A stretch of DNA of 64,000 bases, from contig OZ024741.1 of assembly GCA_964016885.1 (NCBI GenBank), forward strand, positions 327,732,001 to 327,796,000. The letters are read 5' to 3'. Below are positions 24,691 through 39,332 of the stretch, one piece after another; positions within the stretch are counted from its first letter, which is position 1; each line of letters opens with the position of its first letter. The DNA comes from Eledone cirrhosa (Eukaryota). Under the pieces are notes generated by a model. The model saw only the letters and a list, made by a program, of their open reading frames with translations, did not search any database and was not told the DNA's origin. The translations under genes and the position numbers were made by a program.

Positions 24691-25061
24691 TAAAATTATT
24701 AAGTCAAATATGTTAAATTTGGCTTCGTTTAGTATAAATTATAGATATACTGGTATATACACTTCGGTGACAGTTATCACTAGCTGTGACCTCTTCAGGC
24801 AGTCCGAATTTCTCTGAGGAACTGGAATCATATGATTCCTGTTCCTAAGAGAAATAACAACACAACGAGGAACTGGACATATCGATGTATTGACGAAGTA
24901 AAACACACTTCAACAACATGTGTACCTGTCTCTCTCTCATCAATTCGGACTGCCTGAAGAGTTCACAGCTAATGATGGCTGTCACCCAAGTATATATAGC
25001 AATATATCTATAATTTATAATAAACGAAACCAAATTGTACATATTTGACTTAATTATTTTA
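24691..25061. repeat. Inverted pLTR pair (120-bp arms), each arm with a decayed hammerhead
   Basis: Arms 24691-24810 and 24942-25061. ACTGC CTGAAGA G(G/T)T C ACAGCTA...CTGT C ACC GAAG/CAAG. Confidence 0.8.
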
Positions 25062-25196
25062 TATATATATATATTTATATATATATATATATATATTAGG
25101 AACGATCGACTTTCGTCAAATCGGACCGAGGAAACAATGTTTCCGTTGGTCTTTCCAATTGCTAATACTATCTATCGGTCGCAACTCCAGGTAGAA

Positions 25197-25431
<235 letters not shown>

Positions 25432-25551
25432 CGTATAAATACCTTGACAAATTGAACACTGCGGTAGGCAAAACCTAACCACACAATACCAAATTAACGA
25501 AAAGACTAAAAGGTTAAAAAGATACACCTGGACAAATCAAACGATATACTC

Positions 25552-25977
25552 AAAAATGCGCAAGCTCAAAAAGCCACAGAATGTTATAATAAACCTTCAA
25601 AAGTGTGGGACTAGAGTTGTTGCTAAAAACTATTGTAATCGTTATCTATCGTACACTCTGTGGCATCCTTTTTTAAAAAAAGAGACTAATAACGAACTCA
25701 AGACGACACGATAATTATTTAAGCTAATGTTCAATATCTCATATTAGATGTTTAATAATGATTAATACGAAATGCACTTAAACCGAATTCTATATTATAA
25801 ATTCACTTAAATAATTATCGTGTCGTTTTGAGTTCGTTATAAGTCTCTTTTTTATAAAAGGATGCCACAGAGTGTACGATGGATAATGATTACAATATTT
25901 TTGAGGAACAACTCTAATCCCACAGTTTTGAAGGTTTATTATAACATTCTGTGGCTCTGTTGAGCTTGCGAATTTTT
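25552..25977. repeat. Fold-back element, ~172-bp arms, ~82-bp spacer
   Basis: Arms 25552-25723 and 25806-25977 are diverged reverse complements. Confidence 0.85.
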
Positions 25978-26883
25978 CAGGTCTAGTTTAATATTTTTTT
26001 AAGGCAATGCTTGTAATAACTCTAGTAATTTAAACACAGTTACAGACTTCCTAATCATACATGAATTTTTAATCAGTTTCTCTACTTATGTTTTGTTTGA
26101 TAAATCTTGTTGTTCTTGATGTTGCTTTCGTTTGGATCATTGTTTTTTTTGTGTTCACAATGTTTGGTGTTTGTGCTGACAATTGATTTTTGTGTTGACA
26201 ATTGGTGTTTGTGTTGACGTTTTATGCCTGATCACTTCCATGATGTTTCCGAAAACAAAATAGGTTATATCCTTTACATTTGTAATTCAGCCCTTTTCAA
26301 AATCAAAGTGATGTTTGAAAAAAACATTAGCCGTATTTTGTATATTTTATAACTGCTATTTAAGTATTTCTTTGCTGATAACGTGAAGATACAACTGTAA
26401 ACATGTTTCATAGTACATATAAACTTATGATAAAAACGTAATGGCAGCATAACGTAAATGACCGTGGTTAAGAGAACAGCTAGACGAGGACACACATAAG
26501 TCTAAATAACGACGGTAACAACAGAAACCCTTTATACCCACTGTACTCCGATTGTTGTAAACACATGTATCCCTTCAAGCAAAATAAGCACGTATTCAGA
26601 GCTTCAAGTAAAGAGGCAATAATCAATATGTTTCATTTTCTGTGAGACCGTCTGGCGTAATGCTTTAACGAGGACCCATTCAAATTTTATACAGCTTAGG
26701 GGAAACCCTAAGTTTTTATTCTGCACTGCATGTAAATATGTCGTCATGACCTGTGAAACAGTGGATTACTTTCACTTTTCAGTGCAATTTTAAAGATACA
26801 CGCTAAAGATAGGGTTAAAGGTTGAAAATAATCATAATGTCATTTATTTGATTTCTAATTGGGAAAATACAATATGGATCATA

Positions 26884-27060
26884 GGCGGCGAATTGACAGA
26901 GTAGATATAACGTCGGATAGAATGCTTTGCAATATTCGTGGCGAATCTGTTCTCTGAGTTAAAATCCCGGCAAGTTCAACTTTGCCTTTTATCATTTCGA
27001 GGTCGACGACAAAAGTACCAGTCTAATACTGCGGTCGATTCTTCTTCTGTTTATCTTTCT
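26884..27060 (+). mobile_element. tRNA-derived SINE (family with CTTTGCCTTTCATCCTTACGGGGTCGATAAAATAAAGTACCAG core)
   Basis: Diverged match to the copies at 56732 and 58813. Confidence 0.7.
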
Positions 27061-30000
27061 AAATTCGTATCTAACACTCCCTCTCTTTCGCTGGTAGGAA
27101 TCGGCTGTATTCAGATTTCGGTAGCGGATGGGTTCCTCCAGGTTTTTAAATGCAATGCGGCGCTACTCCGACTCCCCCATGACTTACAGGATTAAAACTA
27201 AAGTTGATTTTATCAATCTCTGTACTTGACAGGTAATTTATTTCATCAAACCCAGAAAAATGAAGTGCACAATTGACTTCATGGCGATTTGGTGTCAGAA
27301 CGTAGCTAATATATCTTCTGAAACATTTTAATAAACAATAAAGTGATGTAAGAGACAAATTGAACCTTCCTCACCCACGTGAATGCTATCTATTATATTA
27401 AAGACCGAGCGAAGAAATACATGCTAACTAGCATTGTGTTTACAAATCAGAATTACCATGTATATAAACGTGAACACATTTAATGCATTCACTGCATTGC
27501 ATTGAGCTCAATTGCTTCTCTTCTTTCTCTTATTATTTCTCTTTTTATCTCGAAAATGGGAATACCATTGAAAATCGAAATTGTAAAATTAAGAGGTTTT
27601 TTGTGGTGATTTTCTTTTGTTTCAGGCATGGGAGGTATTCCATTACAAATACCATTATTACACTTGTATCGATTTAAATAAAATGAAAATAAAATAATAA
27701 ATGAAATAAAAATAAATAATAAATACAATACAGCGTCATAATATTCTATCATTTTCTTGGCCCTTCTCTCCAAGTAGACCTTGTTTATTATCAGTGAATC
27801 TCTTGTCGAATAATTTTTCTTTTATATATTTATATATATATTACTCAATTTTTAATGTATTTAATCTAAAACTATGGAATACATTTATTTATGTATTTTT
27901 TTTTACTTTTCTTGTACGGTTTTATGTATTTGTTATTTACGTTTTCTTAATATTTATGTGTTTATTATTCATTTTTCTTCTTGATATTTGCTTGCTACAT
28001 ATTTTTCTTCGTTAATTTTCATTGATTATTTTTTCCTTGATATAAAAAAAAATCAATCGAAACAAATGAAAATAACAGCTACTCTAAATAGCATGTGTTT
28101 AAAAATATGTGTGGAATTGAAATGGAACGTTTCTATCTATCATTAGACATTTCCCAATCCGCGCCATTCGGTTCTAATTTGTTAGATAGTTGTTTCCGAA
28201 AGGATATTAGTTTTGTAGTGAGTTCGTTCATATCAAGATCGATACAGTGAATATTAACATTGTATTTTAGAGTGTTATTTACTATATCATTTTATAGTTC
28301 TTGATTTTTAGATTGAATTCTACCCAAATCGATTAGACATATGAGTAAAGACAAAATGTCTCTCATCTCTGATAATATTTATAATTGTGTCACAAGTTTA
28401 AAGAGATTTCATCGATCACATCGGCCCAAATACTTATTTTTCGCAAGTCTAGTACTTATATCGTTGAGCTCTTTCAATCGAACTGTTGAATACATCAGAC
28501 AGATACATACATATGTACATTCATAGAAATGTAAGAGCCAGATCATTGACTAGGCTGAGGTGGAAGGAACATTGGCTAAACGGGAGTTACTGGATATGGA
28601 GAATTATTGGATTAGGGTCATGTACAGTATATACCCACGAGAGTTTTATGGTAGAATTACGGGAAATATCAGCCACTGCTAAGAATAAAGCGTAGATATG
28701 GTAGTAGAATGTTTAAAAAAAGGTAGGAATGGGAAATCTAATAGTATGTGTTAATGAAAGAAGCTTGTTGAGTTATACAAGTTTGGGTAATATTATCGAA
28801 AGTTTGTGTTAATAAAGGTTGAAAGATCTAATAGGACTTTGTGAGGAAAAGGTACTCAGTGTAGAATTGTTATTAATAAATGCTGCACAGGATTAAGCCA
28901 CGATACTACGAAAAGGCTAAAAAGGTTCGAGTGGAGTCAGTTAGTCAAATAGTACGAGTAATTTTATCAGCAAACATAACATTCCCCAAATATATATATA
29001 TGCATGTGTGTGTGTGGGGGGGGGGGGGGGGGTGCGTGCGTGCGCGTGTGTATGTGGTTGGTTTGTCTTTGTACGTGTGAGGGTGTGTGTTTATGCGAAA
29101 TAAAATCGGAAACAACAAAGCAAACAATAAAGTACAATGAATATATATATTAGTTTAACACTTAACATTTCGGACACTAGTCTTTGATCATGAGATGGAA
29201 TGAGAAATACAAAAAATAGGTGGATAGCAGAGATTCCGAAGATTAAGCGGAGAAAAAGTACGCATGTTCAGTCAGCCAATCCCAAACGAAAGGCGCGTAA
29301 CTCCAAGCCATTGAGATGGACATTGGCAGTCTTGAGCCCTACCAACTCTGTCCTATGGAGTAAGAGGGGAGACAATACAGCCACATGTAACAATTAAGCT
29401 ATGACAAGTACCCATAGAATTTCATGTAGTCACGACAAATGTATTGTATCACTTAAGCACGAAACACTCATGGGTGAAATAAAGGAAAAGAAAAACACAA
29501 AAAAGAAGAGGGAGTAGAAGGAAAAAAAAGGAAGACGAAGAAAAATCGTGTCAAAAATGTGTGGCATTGAAATTAATGCGAGGGGGGGGGGGAGAAAACA
29601 CGTTGGTCACAGATTAGCAATGATGAATTTAGGAAAATCAACGAAGAGAGGACCTGCATAGCTATGCATATAATTAGTCGTGCATGTGTGCGTGTATATA
29701 TACACATGTTGAATTTAAGACACGCAAGCCCCCACACACTTGTCTATAACAACAAATTAATATCACTAGTCAGAACGACCGAAGTATTTTCTGTTAACCG
29801 AGAGAGATTTAGTTTGACGTCAACTGTCAAATATAGCGGCCGATAAAACATTCAGAGAAACTGAACGTATATTATCACTAAAGTAAACAGCAATAAACTA
29901 ATACTAGTAAAACAATTCCATCTTAAAGATAAGATAGTGAACTCTTCAAACGTTGATAGTCATCTGAATTGCATTACTTCAAAGTATACGTAAATTTCTT

Positions 30001-30399
30001 CTTCTTCTTCCCCTCCTGCTCCTATCCCCCATTCTTCTTCTTCTTCTTCTTGCCTTCTTCACCTCCTCATCATCTTCCTCCCTCCTCTTCCTTCTCCTCC
30101 TTCTGTTTCTTACTCTCCTCCTCTTCCTTCTTCTTCCTCTTCTTTTTGCCTTCTCCTTCTTCCTCCTCATCTTCTTCCTCTCCCCCTCCCCTCCCCCTCC
30201 TCATCTCTTCTTATTTCACCATGTTGCCTAGACAACATGTGAAATAACAACGTGCTTAGTGTTACATACTAAAATTTTTTGAGATATTATCACTACTGAA
30301 CAAAAGTAATAACATTCGATTCGTTTGCAATTATGCAAACAAGCCTCAATTTTATAGCCATGTCAGTAGAATGAACACTTTGATCTTGCTCTTGTGTTG

Positions 30400-30473
30400 G
30401 CATGTGAACAGAACTGCAGACACTAATGTTTCTGGGTATCACCCCTCATCAGTACAGCTCACTGTTCACCTGC
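30400..30473 (-). ncRNA. Type I hammerhead ribozyme with extended stem I
   Basis: GTGAACAG tga GCTGTA CTGATGA G GGGT gat ACCC A GAAACA ttag TGTC TGCAGT t CTGTTCAC. Confidence 0.8.
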
Positions 30474-30786
30474 GAATCTGTCGGGGCGAGTGAAAATATA
30501 TTCTATTTTCAAAATACAAAATGACTGATCGGCCCGATTTGCATGTTAGCAGACTGGCTGATCAGTCAGATCTGCATATTAGCAGAACCACTGCTCAGCC
30601 ATATTTGCATATACGCAGACTGGCCAGTAGTTCTCTGTATACAAGCGATAAATGGCCGGCTTTACCAAATTCAAATAAAAAACAGAACTGTTGTTGTTTT
30701 AATGTATATATATATATATATATACATTATCTGTTATTAATTCTGGCAATATTATTACACAAATATGACTCTCCCCAAGTATAACA

Positions 30787-30826
<40 letters not shown>

Positions 30827-30977
30827 ATGCATGTATGTATATATATATTTCTTGAAATATGTATATATTTTATCGGCGTACTCTGTAAATTTGCTATGGT
30901 AAGATTCTTTAGTTATCTTGGCCATTTAATTTTGTTTCTATTGCATTGTTTGATTTTCAAAATTATTTAAATTTATG

Positions 30978-31022
<45 letters not shown>

Positions 31023-31214
31023 GTATAGGATTATCCAAGATGTAGTAATGGTTAATTACTACACTGGATATGCTTGACGTACGGTAAGAAGTTACTCTAC
31101 GAGTTATGGAAGAATTGTTGAAGAAACTTAGTTCCTGATCCTTCTGTATTCCGGAGTGTATATAAAGAATGAATAATAACAGGTAGACATCATAAAAAGG
31201 TAATTTATTCCGTG

Positions 31215-31326
31215 TGCTTACAAATGTTTCCACGGTGGTACTAAAGCCTAGTTATGCTATGTGCAAATTTACAAGTATTTGCAGAACTCAAATATCCAAT
31301 GCTGTGACCACTGTATCCTCAGAGCA
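31215..31326 (-). ncRNA. Type I hammerhead motif with 85-nt stem II
   Basis: TGCT CTGAGGA TAC A GTGGT...ACCAC C GTG GAAAC ATTT GTA AGCA. Confidence 0.68.
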
Positions 31327-32049
31327 GAATGGTAAAATGTACAATGTAAATACCCTTAAGTGGGGTTGTTGGGAAAGATAGAGTAGAAAAGGAAAAGAGA
31401 AAAGTAGGGGAGAGGGGGAGATAGAGAGAGAAAGATATGCAGGGGTTGGAGAAATAGGAGAGAGTGGTTTGTAGATATCTTAATCAAAATGTTATGGTAG
31501 GGGTGTTATTATACTGGTTACTTTTGGAGAGATGCGTTGATAGTTAAGGTCGGAATTATTTATTGCCCCAGAGGGAAGGTTCATAGATGTGGAGAGGGAG
31601 GTAGGCCAAAGGCGAGAGAGAGAGAGAGTGTAATAGATGTAGAGAGAGAGGTAGAGAGGGGACAGACGAAGTTTATGTGGTGAGTGAACTTTGGGTTTGT
31701 AGTAGTAATCCACGAATTGCACTGAGTTACCATTTATAGTGATAAGCAGTGTATTGTCTTGTAGTGTGGGAGGAAGAGAAGGTGGTTAGCTAGAAAGCGA
31801 TGTTATAGTTACGGGTTCGAATGTTAAGTTATTTTATAGCGAGAGAATTTAGCTTTTAGTTTGTGGTTGCAGTATAATGATCGTTCAATTCTATCGTTAA
31901 GTAGTTTGATTTTGGATTTTAATATGTAAAAGAGTTTAAGGTTACATAACCTGCAGTACTTCAATTCTTATGGGGTCGATAAAATAAAGTACCAGTAATC
32001 TACTGGGTAATTGCTGGCCTTGTGCCAAACGTAGAAACAATTATTCATT

Positions 32050-32099
<50 letters not shown>

Positions 32100-32109
<10 letters not shown>

Positions 32110-32603
32110 CGTTGTATTCCTGTCTGTTTGTTTGTTTCTTTCTTTCTTTATTCACGAACTACTCCTATGGTTCTGGCGATAGTCCCCATAACCATATGTA
32201 TTATGAAACTACATTGCCCAGGGTACTTCGATATATTTCATCTTAATCAAAGTGTTCCCTCGGGGCACAAACCCCCGCTGAAAATCTTTTCCCTTCGATT
32301 TATCTGAAATTTAAACCATGGGTAAATGACAAGATATGATTCCTTTTCACAATAGTTTTTAATTGATATTTTGAAAAAAATGATTTACAAGAAATAAAAT
32401 AAGAATAAGATTTAATAATGTAATTTTGGTTTGATACATTACAAAAAATAATATTTTCCAATTTTTCATGCATTACATTTTACATTGAGTAATATTGAAA
32501 TGCAGAGTTTTCTCCATAAACTATATCACTGATTTAAAATGAATCATTATTTTCTTACAAAAAGAATGTGTGAAACGCAGCAAGGCGCGGGTAATTCGGC
32601 TAG
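32100..32603 (+). mobile_element. Probable non-autonomous Helitron
   Basis: 5' TATATATAA...CTGTCTGTTTGTTTG. 3' GC-rich CGCAGCAAGGCGCGGGTA followed by CTAG. Confidence 0.55.
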
Positions 32604-32604
32604 C

Positions 32605-32644
<40 letters not shown>

Positions 32645-33725
32645 CGGAAGAACATTTATAAACTACCAGACAGCTACATTCTTTAAAAACACAATTGAGA
32701 GCTGAACATCTTGGGGAGGGTTTAAAGTGTTTTTATATATATATATGAGCAAAAACGATGACACTTCTCTTGATTATGCGTATAAGTTATGTGGAAATTT
32801 ATATATTTGTATAATGTTCAGTTCTTGATATGCATAGTGTATACCTATGTGGAATATATTCATGTACATTGATGTCTGAAAATCCAGAATTCTCAATAAC
32901 CACTATATGCCAACTGGAATTGATGGAGAGCTTTCAGATATTTCTCTGAAAGTCAAGGTGATTATTCATAAATATTATATTCGTTTGAGGAACAAATCGT
33001 AGACACTCTACATAGTTGTTGTAATGTCTCTGATGATATATATATATATGTATGTATATATATATATAATATAATATAATATATATCTTATATATAATAT
33101 ATATATGTACAATATATCGTATATGTATAAAATATTATATATACATATATTATATATCATATATATATAATATATATATTATATATACAAAATATACATA
33201 CATAGCATATATACATACATACATTATATATATATACATACATATCATATATACATACATACATTATATATACATACAATATCAAATAATATATCTGTTC
33301 AAGTTTGTACTGTGGGCATTTTTTAGCCTGCTAATTGTAAAGCGTTTGATTGATCGAGACGTCTCAATGTTAATAAAGGAATGTGATGGATTTAGAAACT
33401 GACAGACATTCAATAGTTTTCAGGCATCGGGATTTATGGAAATTGTAAGTTATAGCATTCAGCATGAATTTCACTCAATATTATCACACACATGTATATC
33501 TCCATACATGAATACTTACAAGCACTCAGAAATTCATATATATTCATATATATATATATATGTGGGGGTGCGTGTGTGTGTATGTATATATAGGTATATT
33601 AGGTATTTATTTACAACTGTCTTTGGTACTCTACAGAATAATATATTTATAATGTACAATTCTCAGGAGAGGTAATTAAACACTTTCGTAAACGTTGTAT
33701 AATATATTATATGTGTGTTTAAATG

Positions 33726-33922
<197 letters not shown>

Positions 33923-34149
33923 GAAGGTGTGTATCTATCTATGTCTATGAATGCTGATTAACTTAACCCTTGAGAAATATCCAGAAAACACCGTAACCCT
34001 TCAATCATAGCCCACGCTGAACCCCCGACATGCAATCCAAACATACAAAATTACTAAAAACATGATGAGCTTATAGATAAAAAAAAGAATCAATATTGCG
34101 CACTAATCGGTTAGGCTGCAGACGTTGGTCCGAAATTATTGAAGATAGT

Positions 34150-34361
34150 GTTTAAATGGTTTCTGATTTAAGCGAGGATTGACAATATTTGGCGGAGGGG
34201 AAATCGAAACCAGTGCGTTACTGTTACTTCATTTTATCGAACTCGTACGGATGAATGTCAAAGCTAAGCTCGGCGGCATTTGGACTGAAAATATATAGAG
34301 CCATAACTTTATGCTTCGAAGGGGAGTGTCCAACGCCATACCGCTACTACCAATCCACCGC
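34150..34361 (-). mobile_element. tRNA-derived SINE, same family
   Basis: Reverse complement of the family consensus (GGATGAATGTCAAAG, TACCAATCCACCGC on +). Confidence 0.7.
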
Positions 34362-34993
34362 TGTAATTAGATTTAGAATAAATTAATCTATTTGGAACTT
34401 CCAAGTGTTTAATTAAAATTGGTAAATTCTAACTCAAAGTTCTCTTCGAAAGCGTTTTCATTTTGACTGTGAATTTCTACATCTATTATTTCGGATTTTT
34501 AGCAAGGTAAACTTCATCAATTTTTAATGAAATTGCCTTCTATCCTTACACTTTAAAATACATTCTACGGATGTAATTTCACTTCAATATGAATAAGCGA
34601 TTTGGAATGAAATTTTATAGCACTAAAATATTGGTTTTCACATCAGAATTTAAATGCAATAAAATAAATTGTTTTATTGCTAAATTATAAACGTGTGGCA
34701 GCATGGTTCTATAAACAAACTTCAATCCAAAATGTAATCATATTCAACATTTCAACCAATGATTCCCACTCTAGCTAATTTCATTTAAAGTATATTTTAG
34801 TTATGGTTTCATTGTTTTCATACACATATGTTGTTATATGTAGAATTGAAGATTTTATAGTTTTATGTTAATCAGGTCTATCAAAATATTTCCTGAATTC
34901 TAAAAGTTCGAAATTATCTGTTAATCGCTGCTTAATTTGCTCGATAAGAAATTTAAGGCATCATTCTTGCATTTAATTTTTTGCTTGGTGGGG

Positions 34994-35105
34994 AAATTTA
35001 AATTGAGAAAATTGCTGCCCTTGTATCAAAATAAGAGACCATTATTATGAATAGTAATGCTCTCTAATTTTGATACAAGGGCAGCAATTTTCTCAATGTA
35101 AATTT
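34994..35105. repeat. Palindrome made of two SINE tails, ~53-bp arms
   Basis: AATTGCTGCCCTTGTATCAAAAT pairs with ATTTTGATACAAGGGCAGCAATT. Confidence 0.8.
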
Positions 35106-35615
35106 GGCAGTATCGGTAGAGGGTCCGACGCCATACTTTGCAGCATACAGTAACGGCCCTTTATGAGTTCAAATCCCGCCGAAGTTAACCTTGTCTTTCA
35201 TCCTTACGAGGTCCATAAAATAAAATACCAGTCACGCACTGGGGTCAATTTAATCGACCTCCCCTACCCCCAAAATTGCTGGCCTTGTGCCTATATAATA
35301 AAACATTATTATGAATATTAATGTGTGTAGGGTGTTGGTTGACTATTTAAAGCGTCGTACAAATGCATAAGGGTATTTTTATCAAAATGATGACTTTCAT
35401 CTTTACGGGATTAACAAAATCAATTACCCGTCGAATAATTGTTTCTACTTTTGGCACAAGGACAGCAATTATCCCAGTGTATTACTGGTACTTTATTTTA
35501 TCGACCCCGTAAGGATGAAAGGCAAAGCTAACATCGGCGGGATTTGAACTGAGATCATAAAGGACCGTAACTCTATGCTGCAACGTATGTCGTACCAGTC
35601 AAATAATGTGATAGG
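35104..35615. mobile_element. Two SINE copies tail to tail (+ 35104-35312, - 35438-35615)
   Basis: A box TGGCAGTATCGG, B box GAGTTCAAATCC, family core, ATT-repeat tail. Confidence 0.8.
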
Positions 35616-36697
35616 AATATTCGACAACTCATCCTGTGGCGTAAATTAGGCTAGAAATCATTGCTTTCGGTTATATATGTTCTGAGTTCAAATCGCGTAG
35701 ATGTCAATTTTGTCTTTCATCCATTCAACGTCGAAAAATTATAGTAGCAGTCAAGCACTGAGATTTATATAACCTACTTTCACTTGAACCCTGAAAGATG
35801 AAGTAACAAATTCCTAGCCATAAGATGGAAACGGTACAGTGTGCCATGTTTTGGTGTGTATTCATCTGGGACAAAAGCAAAAATAAAATATGAATGCAAA
35901 AGATCCATCTCTGTGACCCACTGGCTTTAGTGATATACACACAGGGAAATCTTTGCTTCAGTTCCCACTAGGTGAGAACGGCTTGATAGATGCACACGCA
36001 CGGTAGTGTGTTTAAGATGTTCGCTTCGTAAACACAAGGCTTCGTATTCACTCCTACGGCGTGCTATATTGCGCAAGTATATTCTATTATATTTGCTAGT
36101 TGACCATTAATTTGTGAATGAAATTTAGTAGACAGAAATTGGAAAAATCATCTCGTATCTACACGGACACACACGAACACACACACCCGTATCTAGATAA
36201 GGATTTATCCGAGCAAAAGGCATGTCAGTATCCACCGAGTCTTTGACGCAAAAAAACAAGATATATGAGCTCTATACTGTAATCTGCACATATCATAATG
36301 CATAACTTATAGTATATTTAGGGATTTCACTGAAGATTCAAACAGCTAGCCATTATATAATCCTGGTACTCCAGTAACATTTAATGTTGCAACAATTACA
36401 TTTCAGAGAACTCGAATGCCCTACTATCTTAATCGGTTGAAGTGCCCTTCATTTAATTTAAGCCAAAAATTATTTTGACAAATATATGGATGTCATAATA
36501 CCCAATTATCTCTTTTTCATGATTGTAAAATTCTATTTTATCTATTTAAAAGAAAACCAACATTTAATAGCTGTTGTCAGTTTGTCTGCTTTGCATACCA
36601 ATTTGAATTTGTACTAAGATATAATCACATTTAGTGAAGCTAAAAAGATTATTTCTATTGTCTCCTTACACACCCACATGTACACACCCACACAAAA

Positions 36698-36794
<97 letters not shown>

Positions 36795-36813
36795 GTATAT
36801 ATCTATACATATT

Positions 36814-36847
<34 letters not shown>

Positions 36848-37041
36848 CCTATATATATATTTTTATATATGTATATATATATACCTATATATATATATTT
36901 ATATATGTATATATATATATATATACCCCTATATATATATTTATATATGTATATATATATACCTATATATATATATATATATATTTAGATATGTATATAT
37001 ATATACCTATATATATATTTATATATGTATATATATATACC

Positions 37042-37074
<33 letters not shown>

Positions 37075-37089
37075 GTATATATATATACC

Positions 37090-37120
<31 letters not shown>

Positions 37121-37149
37121 GTATATATATATATATTTATATATGTATA

Positions 37150-37192
<43 letters not shown>

Positions 37193-37211
37193 ATATATAT
37201 ATATTTATATA

Positions 37212-37243
<32 letters not shown>

Positions 37244-37245
37244 CC

Positions 37246-37276
<31 letters not shown>

Positions 37277-37374
37277 ATATATACATATATATACCTATAC
37301 ATATATATATTTTTATATATGTATATATATATATATATATATATACCCATATATATATATATTTATATATACAT

Positions 37375-37406
<32 letters not shown>

Positions 37407-37677
37407 ATATATATTTATATATATATACATATATATATATATATTTATATATATATATACCTATATATATATATATTTATATATATATATATATATAATT
37501 TTTAACTTTAATTATATCTCATATAAAATAATACAACAGGCTTTCCACGAAATATATATAGTTAGCACCCCAGACACTAAATTGGGTTTATACTAACGTA
37601 TAACCTAATGTTTGTTGAGTGAGATGGTTACCAGTCGGAGTTTAGCGTAAAGCTTTCTCTGTTATTGTATTAAATAC

Positions 37678-37733
<56 letters not shown>

Positions 37734-37760
37734 GCATATATATATATGTATATATATGCT

Positions 37761-37791
<31 letters not shown>

Positions 37792-37920
37792 GTATATATA
37801 TGCTTATATATATATGTATATATATATATGTATATATATATGCTTATATATATATGTATATATATGTATATATATGCTTATATATATATGTATATATATA
37901 TATATATGTATATATATGCT

Positions 37921-37951
<31 letters not shown>

Positions 37952-38081
37952 GCTTATATATATATAGGTATATATATATATATATGCATATATATATGTA
38001 TATATATGCTTATATATATATGTATATATATATATATGTGCATATATATATATGTGCATATATATATATATATATATGTGC

Positions 38082-38117
<36 letters not shown>

Positions 38118-38155
38118 GTATATATATATATATAATATGTATGTGTGTGTGTGTG
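36698..38155. repeat. Long interrupted (TA)n tracts
   Basis: TA runs punctuated by recurring ACCT/TTT/TGT (36.7-37.5 kb) and GCTT/TGT (37.7-38.1 kb). Other long (TA)n tracts at 21247-21452, 22526-22748 and 33723-33916. Confidence 0.95.
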
Positions 38156-39260
38156 GGGGTGTTTTTATGTGTGTGCGGGCACAAACTCAAAAACTCATTC
38201 ATACAAAACACACAACGTTAAAACAAACATAACTACCAACAAAAAATAAAAAAATAAAAACCCTTTACGGGCAGATGTGCATAAACTGATAGTGAAATAA
38301 ATACGTCGTAGAAAATTAGAATATGGAGCCAATACTAAATGGTAAAATACAAACTCACACGTTTTAAAATGTTTTTCCTTTCTTTCTAGTGGTGTTCGGG
38401 AAATATAATTTAAAATGTTATTATGTTTGATTTTTTAACGTAAATATAATAGAAGATATAGAATGATAATTTTTCTACTAGGATCTACATGAATCCTTAC
38501 AAGTGACATCCATTTTTAATCATACAAAATCTTTCATATAATATTATAATTACTAATTCTTTTTCCTGAAATGAAAATGCAATTATGGTTGTTAAACTTT
38601 TCCTTTTGTTTCTCAATTATGCTGAGGAATTAGTCAGATTTTCAGATATTTTCAATTTTAGACAAAATGTTTGTTAAAGATAATGCAATAAAAATGAAGG
38701 CGATATACTGAATAAAATATTCATATAATTTGCCATTGTCATACGTATATTTTCCTCGGCTGCGTTTGTCTGTTTCTCTCTTACTGCTTCCCCGCTCTCT
38801 CTGTTTCTCTCACCTTCTTTCGCCCCCACTGTCAGTTACACTTTCTCTCGACTGGCCTCTTCTTCGCACTTCCACTCACGCACTCTCTGTTTCTCCCCTT
38901 CTCACTTCCTCCCGTTTGGACTGTAGTGGATTCTCTTCTTGCTCACATCTCTCTCACGTTGGATGGTCTGTATCGCGCTCGCTCATGAAATCCACCCAGC
39001 TTAAGCTGACCGGATTCCCATGTTGCTTGTTTTTTTCCTATATTTGCGTTGCTATCATCCTTCTACTTTTGTTTACTTGTCTCGCTCGCTTTACGCGATT
39101 TACTTGTCCCAATAGCTTTATTTAGCTATTGCTCGCACCAACCGGAGGTATATGATTTTTAAAGCGATGAAATACCAATGAAGGTTGGAGAATCACTGAC
39201 GAAGGACTATTTTTATCATATGTAACCCATGTGCAACCACGCACTATTCTTCCTTCTCAT

Positions 39261-39332
<72 letters not shown>

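Noticed and set aside
36634-38232. Long Ile/Tyr ORFs here and throughout the window
   Set aside because: Translations of (TA)n microsatellites.
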